From NCBI GenBank assembly GCA_964016885.1, contig OZ024744.1:136090001-136154000 (forward strand): a stretch of DNA of 64,000 nt. The letters are read 5' to 3'. Shown here piece by piece: positions 13,501 to 26,700 of this stretch. Position 1 is the stretch's first letter. Each line of letters opens with the position of its first letter. A model generated the notes under the pieces. It was not told the DNA's origin, did no database searches, and was given only the letters and a program-made list of their open reading frames with translations. This DNA comes from Eledone cirrhosa. Lineage: Eukaryota. A program made the translations under genes and the position numbers.

Positions 13501-16500
13501 TCTACAGAATAGAAGAAGTGGAGATCATGATAGAAGAAATAACATGAATCCAGAGGAGAGAGAAGTTTATCTACAGAATAGAAGAAGTGGAGATCATGAT
13601 AGAAGAAATAACATGAATCCAGAGGAGAGAGAAGTTTATCTACAGAATAGAAGTGGAGATCATGATAGAAGAAATAACATGAATCCAGAGGAGAGAGAAG
13701 CTTATCTACAGAATAGAAGAAGTGGAGATCATGATAGAAGAAATAACATGAATCCAGAGGAGAGAGAAGCTTCTCTACAGAATAGAAGTGGAGATCATGG
13801 TAGAAGAAATAACATGAATCCAGAGGAGAGAGAAGTTTATCTACAGAATAGAAGAAGTGGAGATCATGATAGAAGAAATAACATGAATCCAGAGGAGAGA
13901 GAAGTTTATCTACAGAATAGAAGTGGAGATCATGATAGAAGAAATAACATGAATCCAGAGGAGAGAGAAGCTTATCTACAGAATAGAAGAAGTGGAGATC
14001 ATGATAGAAGAAATAACATGAATCCAGAGGAGAGAGAAGCTTCTCTACAGAATAGAAGTGGAGATCATGGTAGAAGAAATAACATGAATCCAGAGGAGAG
14101 AGAAGTTTATCTACAGAATAGAAGTGGAGATCATGGTAGAAGAAATAACATGAATCCAGAGGAGAGAGAAGTTTATCTACAGAATAAAAGAAGTGGAGAT
14201 CATGGTAGAAGAAATAACATCAATCCAGCGGAGAGAGAAGCTTATCTACAGAATAGAAGTGGAGATCATGATAGAAGAAATAACATGAATCCAGAGGAGA
14301 GAGAAGCTTATCTACAGAATAGAAGAAGTGGAGATCATGATAGAAGAAATAACATGAATCCAGAGGAGAGAGAAGCTTCTCTACAGAATAGAAGTGGAGA
14401 TCATGGTAGAAGAAATAACATGAATCCAGAGGAGAGAGAAGTTTATCTACAGAATAGAAGTGGAGATCATGGTAGAAGAAATAACATGAATCCAGAGGAG
14501 AGAGAAGTTTATCTACAGAATAAAAGAAGTGGAGATCATGGTAGAAGAAATAACATGAATCCAGAGGAGAGAGAAGTTTATCTACAGAATAGAAGAAGTG
14601 GAGATCATGACAGAAAAATAACAGGAATCCAGAGGAGAGAGAAGTTTATCTACAGAATAGAAGTGGAGATCATGGTAGAAGAAATAACATGAATCCAGAG
14701 GAGAGAGAAGTTTATCTACAGAATAAAAGAAGTGGAGATCATGGTAGAAGAAATAACATGAATCCAGAGGAGAGAGAAGTTTATCTACAGAATAAAAGAA
14801 GTGGAGATCATGGTAGAAGAAATAACATGAATCCAGAGGAGAGAGAAGCTTATCTACAGAATAGAAGAAGTGGAGATCATGATAGAAGAAATAACATGAA
14901 TCCAGAGGAGAGAGAAGTTTATCTACAGAATAGAAGAAGTGGAGATCATGATAGAAGAAATAACATGAATCCAGAGGAGAGAGAAGTTTATCTACAGAAT
15001 AGAAGAAGTGGAGATCATGATAGAAGAAATAACATGAATCCAGAGGAGAGAGAAACTTATCTACAGAATAGAAGAAGTGGAGATCATGATAGAAGAAATA
15101 ACATGAATCCAGAGGAGAGAGAAGTTTATCTACAGAATAGAAGAAGTGGAGATCATGATAGAAGAAATAACATGAATCCAGAGGAGAGAGAAGTTTATCT
15201 ACAGAATAGAAGTGGAGATCATGATAGAAGAAATAACATGAATCCAGAGGAGAGAGAAGCTTATCTACAGAATAGAAGAAGTGGAGATCATGATAGAAGA
15301 AATAACATGAATCCAGAGGAGGGAGAAGCTTCTCTACAGAATAGAAGTGGAGATCATGGTAGAAGAAATAACATGAATCCAGAGGAGAGAGAAGTTTATC
15401 TACAGAATAGAAGTGGAGATCATGGTAGAAGAAATAACATGAATCCAGAGGAGAGAGAAGTTTATCTACAGAATAAAAGAAGTGGAGATCATGGTAGAAG
15501 AAATAACATGAATCCAGAGGAGAGAGAAGTTTATCTACAGAATAAAAGAAGTGGAGATCATGGTAGAAGAAATAACATGAATCCAGAGGAGAGAGAGGCT
15601 TATCTACAGAATAGAAGTGGAAATCATGATAGAAGAAATAACATGAATCCAGAGGAGAGAGAAGCTTATCTACAGAATAGAAGTGGAGATCATGATAGAA
15701 GAAATAACATGAATCCAGAGGAGAGAGAAGCTTATCTACAGAATAGAAGTGGAGATCATGATAGAAGAAATAACATGAATCCAGAGGAGAGAGTAGCTTA
15801 TCTACAGAATAGAAGTGGAGATCATGATAGAAGAAATAACATGAATCCAGAGGAGAGAGAAGTATTTCTACAGAATAGAAGAAGTGGAGATCATGGTAGA
15901 AGAAATAACATGAATCCAGAGGAGAGAGAAGTTTATCTACAGAATAGAAGTGGAGATCATGATAGAAGAAATAACATGAATCCAGAGGAGAGAGTAGCTT
16001 ATCTACAGAATAGAAGAAGTGGAGATCATGATAGAAGAAATAAGATGAATCCAGAGGAGAGAGAAGCTTCCCTACAGAATAGAAGTGGAGATCATGGTAG
16101 AAGAAATAACATGAATCCAGAGGAGAGAGAAGCTTATCTACAGAATAGAAGAAGTGGAGATCATGATAGAAGAAATAACATGAATCCAGAGGAGAGAGAA
16201 GCTTCTCTACAGAATAGAAGTGGAGATCATGGTAGAAGAAATAACATGAATCCAGAGGAGAGAGAAGTTTATCTACAGAATAGAAGAAGTGGAAATCATG
16301 ATAGAAGAAATAACATGAATCCAGAGGAGAGAGAAGTTTATCTACAGAATAGAAGTGGAGATCATGATATAAGAAATAACATGAATCCAGAGGAGAGAGA
16401 AGCTTATCTACAGAATAGAAGTGGAGATCATGGTAGAAGAAATAACATGAATCCAGAGGAGAGAGAAGTTTATCTACAGAATAAAAGAAGTGGAGATCAT

Positions 16501-17058
16501 GGTAGAAGAAATAACATGAATCCAGAGGAGAGAGAAGTTTATCTACAGAATAGAAGTGGAGATCATGGTAGAAGAAATAACATGAATCCAGAGGAGAGAG
16601 AAGTTTATCTACAGAATAGAAGAAGTGGAGATCATGATAGAAGAAATAACATGAATCCAGAGGAGAGAGAAGTTTATCTACAGAATAGAAGAAGTGGAGA
16701 TCATGATAGAAGAAATAACATGAATCCAGAGGAGAGAGAAGCTTATCTACAGAATAGAAGAAGTGGAGATCATGATAGAAGAAATAACATGAATCCAGAG
16801 GAGAGAGAAGTTTATCTACAGAATAGAAGAAGTGGAGATCATGATAGAAGAAATAACATGAATCCAGAGGAGAGAGAAGTTTATCTACAGAATAGAAGTG
16901 GAGATCATGATAGAAGAAATAACATGAATCCAGAGGAGAGAGAAGCTTATCTACAGAATAGAAGAAGTGGAGATCATGATAGAAGAAATAACATGAATCC
17001 AGAGGAGAGAGAAGCTTCTCTACAGAATAGAAGTGGAGATCATGGTAGAAGAAATAAC
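10569..17058 (+). repeat. Tandem duplication, period 3245 bp
   Basis: 11444->14689, the ETY variant (~11810->~15055), the EEG variant and the 1-bp deletion (11369->14614) are all offset by 3245. Boundaries are approximate to a few monomers. Confidence 0.9.
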
Positions 17059-20000
17059 ATGAATCCAGAGGAGAGAGAAGTTTATCTACAGAATAGAAGT
17101 GGAGATCATGGTAGAAGAAATAACATGAATCCAGAGGAGAGAGAAGTTTATCTACAGAATAAAAGAAGTGGAGATCATGGTAGAAGAAATAACATGAATC
17201 CAGCGGAGAGAGAAGCTTATCTACAGAATAGAAGTGGAGATCATGGTAGAAGAAATAACATGAATCCAGAGGAGAGAGAAGTTTATCTACAGAATAAAAG
17301 AAGTGGAGATCATGGTAGAAGAAATAACATGAATCCAGCGGAGAGAGAAGCTTATCTACAGAATAGAAGTGGAGATCATGGTAGAAGAAATAACATGAAT
17401 CCAGAGGAGAGAGAAGTATTTCTACAGAATAGAAGAAGTGGAGATCATGGTAGAAGAAATAACATGAATCCAGAGGAGAGAGAGGCTTATCTACAGAATA
17501 GAAGTGGAAATCATGATAGAAGAAATAACATGAATCCAGAGGAGAGAGAAGCTTATCTACAGAATAGAAGTGGAGATCATGATAGAAGAAATAACATGAA
17601 TCCAGAGGAGAGAGAAGCTTATCTACAGAATAGAAGTGGAGATCATGATAGAAGAAATAACATGAATCCAGAGGAGAGAGAAGCTTATCTACAGAATAGA
17701 AGTGGAGATCATGATAGAAGAAATAACATGAATCCAGAGGAGAGAGAAGTATTTCTACAGAATAGAAGAAGTGGAGATCATGGTAGAAGAAATAACATGA
17801 ATCCAGAGGAGAGAGAAGTTTATCTACAGAATAAAAGAAGTGGAGATCATGGTAGAAGAAATAACATGAATCCAGAGGAGAGAGAAGTTTATCTACAGAA
17901 TAGAAGTGGAGATCATGGTAGAAGAAATAACATGAATCCAGAGGAGAGAGAAGTTTATCTACAGAATAGAAGAAGTGGAGATCATGATAGAAGAAATAAC
18001 ATGAATCCAGAGGAGAGAGAAGTTTATCTACAGAATAGAAGAAGTGGAGATCATGATAGAAGAAATAACATGAATCCAGAGGAGAGAGAAGCTTATCTAC
18101 AGAATAGAAGAAGTGGAGATCATGATAGAAGAAATAACATGAATCCAGAGGAGAGAGAAGTTTATCTACAGAATAGAAGAAGTGGAGATCATGATAGAAG
18201 AAATAACATGAATCCAGAGGAGAGAGAAGTTTATCTACAGAATAGAAGTGGAGATCATGATAGAAGAAATAACATGAATCCAGAGGAGAGAGAAGCTTAT
18301 CTACAGAATAGAAGAAGTGGAGATCATGATAGAAGAAATAACATGAATCCAGAGGAGAGAGAAGCTTCTCTACAGAATAGAAGTGGAGATCATGGTAGAA
18401 GAAATAACATGAATCCAGAGGAGAGAGAAGTTTATCTACAGAATAGAAGTGGAGATCATGGTAGAAGAAATAACATGAATCCAGAGGAGAGAGAAGTTTA
18501 TCTACAGAATAAAAGAAGTGGAGATCATGGTAGAAGAAATAACATGAATCCAGCGGAGAGAGAAGCTTATCTACAGAATAGAAGTGGAGATCATGATAGA
18601 AGAAATAACATGAATCCAGAGGAGAGAGAAGCTTATCTACAGAATAGAAGAAGTGGAGATCATGATAGAAGAAATAACATGAATCCAGAGGAGAGAGAAG
18701 CTTCTCTACAGAATAGAAGTGGAGATCATGGTAGAAGAAATAACATGAATCCAGAGGAGAGAGAAGTTTATCTACAGAATAGAAGTGGAGATCATGGTAG
18801 AAGAAATAACATGAATCCAGAGGAGAGAGAAGTTTATCTACAGAATAAAAGAAGTGGAGATCATGGTAGAAGAAATAACATGAATCCAGAGGAGAGAGAA
18901 GTTTATCTACAGAATAGAAGAAGTGGAGATCATGACAGAAAAATAACAGGAATCCAGAGGAGAGAGAAGTTTATCTACAGAATAGAAGTGGAGATCATGG
19001 TAGAAGAAATAACATGAATCCAAAGGAGAGAGAAGTTTATCTACAGAATAAAAGAAGTGGAGATCATGGTAGAAGAAATAACATGAATCCAGAGGAGAGA
19101 GAAGTTTATCTACAGAATAAAAGAAGTGGAGATCATGGTAGAAGAAATAACATGAATCCAGAGGAGAGAGAAGCTTATCTACAGAATAGAAGAAGTGGAG
19201 ATCATGATAGAAGAAATAACATGAATCCAGAGGAGAGAGAAGCTTCTCTACAGAATAGAAGTGGAGATCATGGTAGAAGAAATAACATGAATCCAGAGGA
19301 GAGAGAAGTTTATCTACAGAATAAAAGAAGTGGAGATCATGGTAGAAGAAATAACATGAATCCAGAGGAGAGAGAAGTTTATCTACAGAATAAAAGAAGT
19401 GGAGATCATGGTAGAAGAAATAACATGAATCCAGAGGAGAGAGAAGTTTATCTACAGAATAAAAGAAGTGGAGATCATGGTAGAAGAAATAACATGAATC
19501 CAGAGGAGAGAGAAGCTTATCTACAGAATAGAAGTGGAGATCATGATAGAAGAAATAACATGAATCCAGAGGAGAGAGAAGCTTATCTACAGAATAGAAG
19601 TGGAGATCATGATAGAAGAAATAACATGAATTCAGAGGAGAGAGAAGTATTTCTACAGAATAGAAGAAGTGGAGATCATGGTAAAAGAAATAACATGAAT
19701 CCAGAGGAGAGAGAAGTTTATCTACAGAATAGAAGTGGAGATCATGATAGAAGAAATAACATGAATCCAGAGGAGAGAGTAGCTTATCTACAGAATAGAA
19801 GAAGTGGAGATCATGATAGAAGAAATAACATGAATCCAGAGGAGAGAGAAGCTTCTCTACAGAATAGAAGTGGAGATCATGGTAGAAGAAATAACATGAA
19901 TCCAGAGGAGAGAGAAGCTTATCTACAGAACAGAAGAAGTGCAGATCATGATAGAAGAAATAACATGAATCCAGAGGAGAGAGAAGCTTCTCTACAGAAT

Positions 20001-23000
20001 AGAAGTGGAGATCATGGTAGAAGAAATAACATGAATCCAGAGGAGAGAGAAGTTTATCTACAGAATAGAAGAAGTGGAGATCATGATAGAAGAAATAACA
20101 TGAATCCAGAGGAGAGAGAAGTTTATCTACAGAATAGAAGAAGTGGAGATCATGGTAGAAGAAATAACAGGAATCCAGAGGAGAGAGAAGTTTATCTACA
20201 GAATAGAAGTGGAGATCATGATAGAAGAAATAACATGAATCCAGAGGAGAGAGAAGTTTATCTACAGAATAGAAGAAGTGGAGATCATGATAGAAGAAAT
20301 AACATGAATCCAGAGGAGAGAGAAGCTTCTCTACAGAATAGAAGTGGAGATCATGGTAGAAGAAATAACAGGAATCCAGAGGAGAGAGAAGTTTATCTAC
20401 AGAATAGAAGAAGTGGAGATCATGATAGAAGAAATAACATGAATCCAGAGGAGAGAGAAGTTTATCTACAGAAAAGAAGTGGAGATCATGACAGAAGAAA
20501 TAACAGGAATCCAGAGGAGAGAGAAGTTTATCTACAGAATAGAAGTGGAGATCATGATAGAAGAAATAACATGAATCCAGAGGAGAGAGAAGTTTATCTA
20601 CAGAATAGAAGAAGTGGAGATCATGATAGAAGAAATAACATGAATCCAGAGGAGAGAGAAGCTTCTCTACAGAATAGAAGTGGAGATCATGGTAGAAGAA
20701 ATAACAGGAATCCAGAGGAGAGAGAAGTTTATCTACAGAATAGAAGAAGTGGAGATCATGATAGAAGAAATAACATGAATCCAGAGGAGAGAGAAGCTTC
20801 TCTACAGAATAGAAGTGGAGATCATGGTAGAAGAAATAACATGAATCCAGAGGAGAGAGAAGTTTATCTACAGAATAGAAGTGGAGATCATGGTAGAAGA
20901 AATAACATGAATCAAGAGGAGAGAGAAGTTTATCTACAGAATAGAAGTGGAGATCATGATAGAAGAAATAACATGAATCCAGAGGAGAGAGTAGCTTATC
21001 TACAGAATAGAAGAAGTGGAGATCATGATAGAAGAAATAACATGAATCCAGAGGAGAGAGAAGCTTCTCTACAGAATAGAAGTGGAGATCATGGTAGAAG
21101 AAATAACATGAATCCAGAGGAGAGAGAAGCTTATCTACAGAATAGAAGAAGTAGAGATCATGATAGAAGAAATAACATGAATCCAGAGGAGAGAGAAGCT
21201 TCTCTACAGAATAGAAGTGGAGATCATGGTAGAAGAAATAACATGAATCCAGAGGAGAGAGAAGTTTATCTACAGAATAGAAGAAGTGGAGATCATGATA
21301 GAAGAAATAACATGAATCCAGAGGAGAGAGAAGTTTATCTACAGAATAGAAGTGGAGATCATGATAGAAGAAATAACATGAATCCAGAGGAGAGAGAAGC
21401 TTATCTACAGAATAGAAGAAGTGGAGATCATGATAGAAGAAATAACATGAATCCAGAGGAGAGAGAAGCTTCTCTACAGAATAGAAGTGGAGATCATGGT
21501 AGAAGAAATAACATGAATCCAGAGGAGAGAGAAGTTTATCTACAGAATAGAAGTGGAGATCATGGTAGAAGAAATAACATGAATCCAGAGGAGAGAGAAG
21601 TTTATCTACAGAATAAAAGAAGTGGAGATCATGGTAGAAGAAATAACATGAATCCAGAGGAGAGAGAAGTTTATCTACAGAATAAAAGAAGTGGAGATCA
21701 TGGTAGAAGAAATAACATGAATCCAGAGGAGAGAGAGGCTTATCTACAGAATAGAAGTGGAAATCATGATAGAAGAAATAACATGAATCCAGAGGAGATC
21801 ATGATAGAAGAAATAACATGAATCCAGAGGAGAGAGAAGCTTATCTACAGAATAGAAGTGGAGATCATGATAGAAGAAATAACATGAATCCAGAGGAGAG
21901 AGAAGCTTATCTACAGAATAGAAGTGGAGATCATGATAGAAGAAATAACATGAATTCAGAGGAGAGAGAAGTATTTCTACAGAATAGAAGAAGTGGAGAT
22001 CATGGTAGAAGAAATAACATGAATCCAGAGGAGAGAGAAGTTTATCTACAGAATAGAAGTGGAGATCATGATAGAAGAAATAACATGAATCCAGAGGAGA
22101 GAGTAGCTTATCTACAGAATAGAAGAAGTGGAGATCATGATAGAAGAAATAACATGAATCCAGAGGAGAGAGAAGCTTCTCTACAGAATAGAAGTGGAGA
22201 TCATGGTAGAAGAAATAACATGAATCCAGAGGAGAGAGAAGCTTATCTACAGAATAGAAGAAGTGCAGATCATGATAGAAGAAATAACATGAATCCAGAG
22301 GGGAGAGAAGCTTCTCTACAGAATAGAAGTGGAGATCATGGTAGAAGAAATAACATGAATCCAGAGGAGAGAGAAGTTTATCTACAGAATAGAAGAAGTG
22401 GAGATCATGATAGAAGAAATAACATGAATCCAGAGGAGAGAGAAGTTTATCTACAGAATAGAAGAAGTGGAGATCATGGTAGAAGAAATAACAGGAATCC
22501 AGAGGAGAGAGAAGTTTATCTACAGAATAGAAGTGGAGATCATGATAGAAGAAATAACATGAATCCAGAGGAGAGAGAAGTTTATCTACAGAATAGAAGA
22601 AGTGGAGATCATGATAGAAGAAATAACATGAATCCAGAGGAGAGAGAAGTTTATCTACAGAATAGAAGTGGAGATCATGATAGAAGAAATAACATGAATC
22701 CAGAGGAGAGAGAAGCTTATCTACAGAATAGAAGAAGTGGAGATCATGATAGAAGAAATAACATGAATCCAGAGGAGAGAGAAGCTTCTCTACAGAATAG
22801 AAGTGGAGATCATGGTAGAAGAAATAACATGAATCCAGAGGAGAGAGAAGTTTATCTACAGAATAGAAGTGGAGATCATGGTAGAAGAAATAACATGAAT
22901 CCAGAGGAGAGAGAAGTTTATCTACAGAATAAAAGAAGTGGAGATCATGGTAGAAGAAATAACATGAATCCAGAGGAGAGAGAAGTTTATCTACAGAATA

Positions 23001-23747
23001 AAAGAAGTGGAGATCATGGTAGAAGAAATAACATGAATCCAGAGGAGAGAGAAGTTTATCTACAGAATAGAAGAAGTGGAGATCATGACAGAAAAATAAC
23101 AGGAATCCAGAGGAGAGAGAAGTTTATCTACAGAATAGAAGTGGAGATCATGGTAGAAGAAATAACATGAATCCAGAGAAGAGAGAAGTTTATCTACAGA
23201 ATAAAAGAAGTGGAGATCATGGTAGAAGAAATAACATGAATCCAGAGGAGAGAGAAGTTTATCTACAGAATAAAAGAAGTGGAGATCATGGTAGAAGAAA
23301 TAACATGAATCCAGAGGAGAGAGAAGCTTATCTACAGAATAGAAGAAGTGGAGATCATGATAGAAGAAATAACATGAATCCAGAGGAGAGAGAAGCTTCT
23401 CTACAGAATAGAAGTGGAGATCATGGTAGAAGAAATAACATGAATCCAGAGGAGAGAGAAGTTTATCTACAGAATAAAAGAAGTGGAGATCATGGTAGAA
23501 GAAATAACATGAATCCAGAGGAGAGAGAAGTTTATCTACAGAATAAAAGAAGTGGAGATCATGGTAGAAGAAATAACATGAATCCAGAGGAGAGAGAAGT
23601 TTATCTACAGAATAAAAGAAGTGGAGATCATGGTAGAAGAAATAACATGAATCCAGAGGAGAGAGAGGCTTATCTACAGAATAGAAGTGGAAATCATGAT
23701 AGAAGAAATAACATGAATCCAGAGGAGATCATGATAGAAGAAATAAC

Positions 23748-26700
23748 ATGAATCCAGAGGAGAGAGAAGCTTATCTACAGAATAGAAGTGGAGATCATGA
23801 TAGAAGAAATAACATGAATCCAGAGGAGAGAGAAGCTTATCTACAGAATAGAAGTGGAGATCATGATAGAAGAAATAACATGAATTCAGAGGAGAGGGAA
23901 GTATTTCTACAGAATAGAAGAAGTGGAGATCATGGTAGAAGAAATAACATGAATCCAGAGGAGAGAGAAGTTTATCTACAGAATAGAAGTGGAGATCATG
24001 ATAGAAGAAATAACATGAATCCAGAGGAGAGAGTAGCTTATCTACAGAATAGAAGAAGTGGAGATCATGATAGAAGAAATAACATGAATCCAGAGGAGAG
24101 AGAAGCTTCTCTACAGAATAGAAGTGGAGATCATGGTAGAAGAAATAACATGAATCCAGAGGAGAGAGAAGCTTATCTACAGAATAGAAGAAGTGCAGAT
24201 CATGATAGAAGAAATAACATGAATCCAGAGGAGAGAGAAGCTTCTCTACAGAATAGAAGTGGAGATCATGGTAGAAGAAATAACATGAATCCAGAGGAGA
24301 GAGAAGTTTATCTACAGAATAGAAGAAGTGGAGATCATGATAGAAGAAATAACATGAATCCAGAGGAGAGAGAAGTTTATCTACAGAATAGAAGAAGTAG
24401 AGATCATGGTAGAAGAAATAACAGGAATCCAGAGGAGAGAGAAGTTTATCTACAGAATAGAAGTGGAGATCATGATAGAAGAAATAACATGAATCCAGAG
24501 GAGAGAGAAGTTTATCTACAGAATAGAAGAAGTGGAGATCATGATAGAAGAAATAACATGAATCCAGAGGAGAGAGAAGCTTCTCTACAGAATAGAAGTG
24601 GAGATCATGGTAGAAGAAATAACAGGAATCCAGAGGAGAGAGAAGTTTATCTACAGAATAGAAGAAGTGGAGATCATGATAGAAGAAATAACATGAATCC
24701 AGAGGAGAGAGAAGTTTATCTACAGAAAAGAAGTGGAGATCATGACAGAAGAAATAACAGGAATCCAGAGGAGAGAGAAGTTTATCTACAGAATAGAAGT
24801 GGAGATCATGATAGAAGAAATAACATGAATCCAGAGGAGAGAGAAGTTTATCTACAGAATAGAAGAAGTGGAGATCATGATAGAAGAAATAACATGAATC
24901 CAGAGGAGAGAGAAGCTTCTCTACAGAATAGAAGTGGAGATCATGGTAGAAGAAATAACAGGAATCCAGAGGAGAGAGAAGTTTATCTACAGAATAGAAG
25001 AAGTGGAGATCATGATAGAAGAAATAACATGAATCCAGAGGAGAGAGAAGCTTCTCTACAGAATAGAAGTGGAGATCATGGTAGAAGAAATAACATGAAT
25101 CCAGAGGAGAGAGAAGTTTATCTACAGAATAGAAGTGGAGATCATGGTAGAAGAAATAACATGAATCCAGAGGAGAGAGAAGTTTATCTACAGAATAAAA
25201 GAAGTGGAGATCATGGTAGAAGAAATAACATGAATCCAGCGGAGAGAGAAGCTTATCTACAGAATAGAAGTGGAGATCATGGTAGAAGAAATAACATGAA
25301 TCCAGAGGAGAGAGAAGTTTATCTACAGAATAGAAGAAGTGGAGATCATGATAGAAGAAATAACATGAATCCAGAGGAGAGAGAAGTTTATCTACAGAAT
25401 AGAAGTGGAGATCATGATAGAAGAAATAACATGAATCCAGAGGAGAGAGAAGCTTATCTACAGAATAGAAGAAGTGGAGATCATGATAGAAGAAATAACA
25501 TGAATCCAGAGGAGAGAGAAGCTTCTCTACAGAATAGAAGTGGAGATCATGGTAGAAGAAATAACATGAATCCAGAGGAGAGAGAAGTTTATCTACAGAA
25601 TAGAAGTGGAGATCATGGTAGAAGAAATAACATGAATCCAGAGGAGAGAGAAGTTTATCTACAGAATAAAAGAAGTGGAGATCATGGTAGAAGAAATAAC
25701 ATGAATCCAGAGGAGAGAGAAGTTTATCTACAGAATAAAAGAAGTGGAGATCATGGTAGAAGAAATAACATGAATCCAGAGGAGAGAGAGGCTTATCTAC
25801 AGAATAGAAGTGGAAATCATGATAGAAGAAATAACATGAATCCAGAGGAGAGAGAAGTTTATCTACAGAATAAAAAAAGTGGAGATCATGGTAGAAGAAA
25901 TAACATGAATCCAGAGGAGAGAGAAGTTTATCTACAGAATAAAAGAAGTGGAGATCATGGTAGAAGAAATAACATGAATCCAGAGGAGACAGAGGCTTAT
26001 CTACAGAATAGAAGTGGAAATCATGATAGAAGAAATAACATGAATCCAGAGGAGAGAGAAGCTTATCTACAGAATAGAAGTGGAGATCATGATAGAAGAA
26101 ATAACATGAATCCAGAGGAGAGAGAAGTTTATCTACAGAATAGAAGAAGTGGAGATCATGATAGAAGAAATAACATGAATCCAGAGGAGAGAGAAGTTTA
26201 TCTACAGAATAGAAGAAGTGGAGATCATGATAGAAGAAATAACATGAATCCAGAGGAGAGAGAAGCTTATCTACAGAATAGAAGAAGTGGAGATCATGAT
26301 AGAAGAAATAACATGAATCCAGAGGAGAGAGAAGTTTATCTACAGAATAGAAGAAGTGGAGATCATGATAGAAGAAATAACATGAATCCAGAGGAGAGAG
26401 AAGTTTATCTACAGAATAGAAGTGGAGATCATGATAGAAGAAATAACATGAATCCAGAGGAGAGAGAAGCTTATCTACAGAATAGAAGAAGTGGAGATCA
26501 TGATAGAAGAAATAACATGAATCCAGAGGAGGGAGAAGCTTCTCTACAGAATAGAAGTGGACATCATGGTAGAAGAAATAACATGAATCCAGAGGAGAGA
26601 GAAGTTTATCTACAGAATAGAAGTGGAGATCATGGTAGAAGAAATAACATGAATCCAGAGGAGAGAGAAGTTTATCTACAGAATAAAAGAAGTGGAGATC

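Larger units (their letters stand above)
1..24579 (+). repeat. About 9 kb block duplicated at a ~15.5 kb period (1-~9099 vs ~15513-~24579)
   Basis: Marker offsets: 533->16045 (15512), 3433->19014 (15581), and 6338->21818, 7687->23167, 8268->23748 (all 15480). The offset changes equal +69 bp (one monomer) and -101 bp (66+35). Shared rare variants include PEG, PEK, NQE and SRD. Confidence 0.9.
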
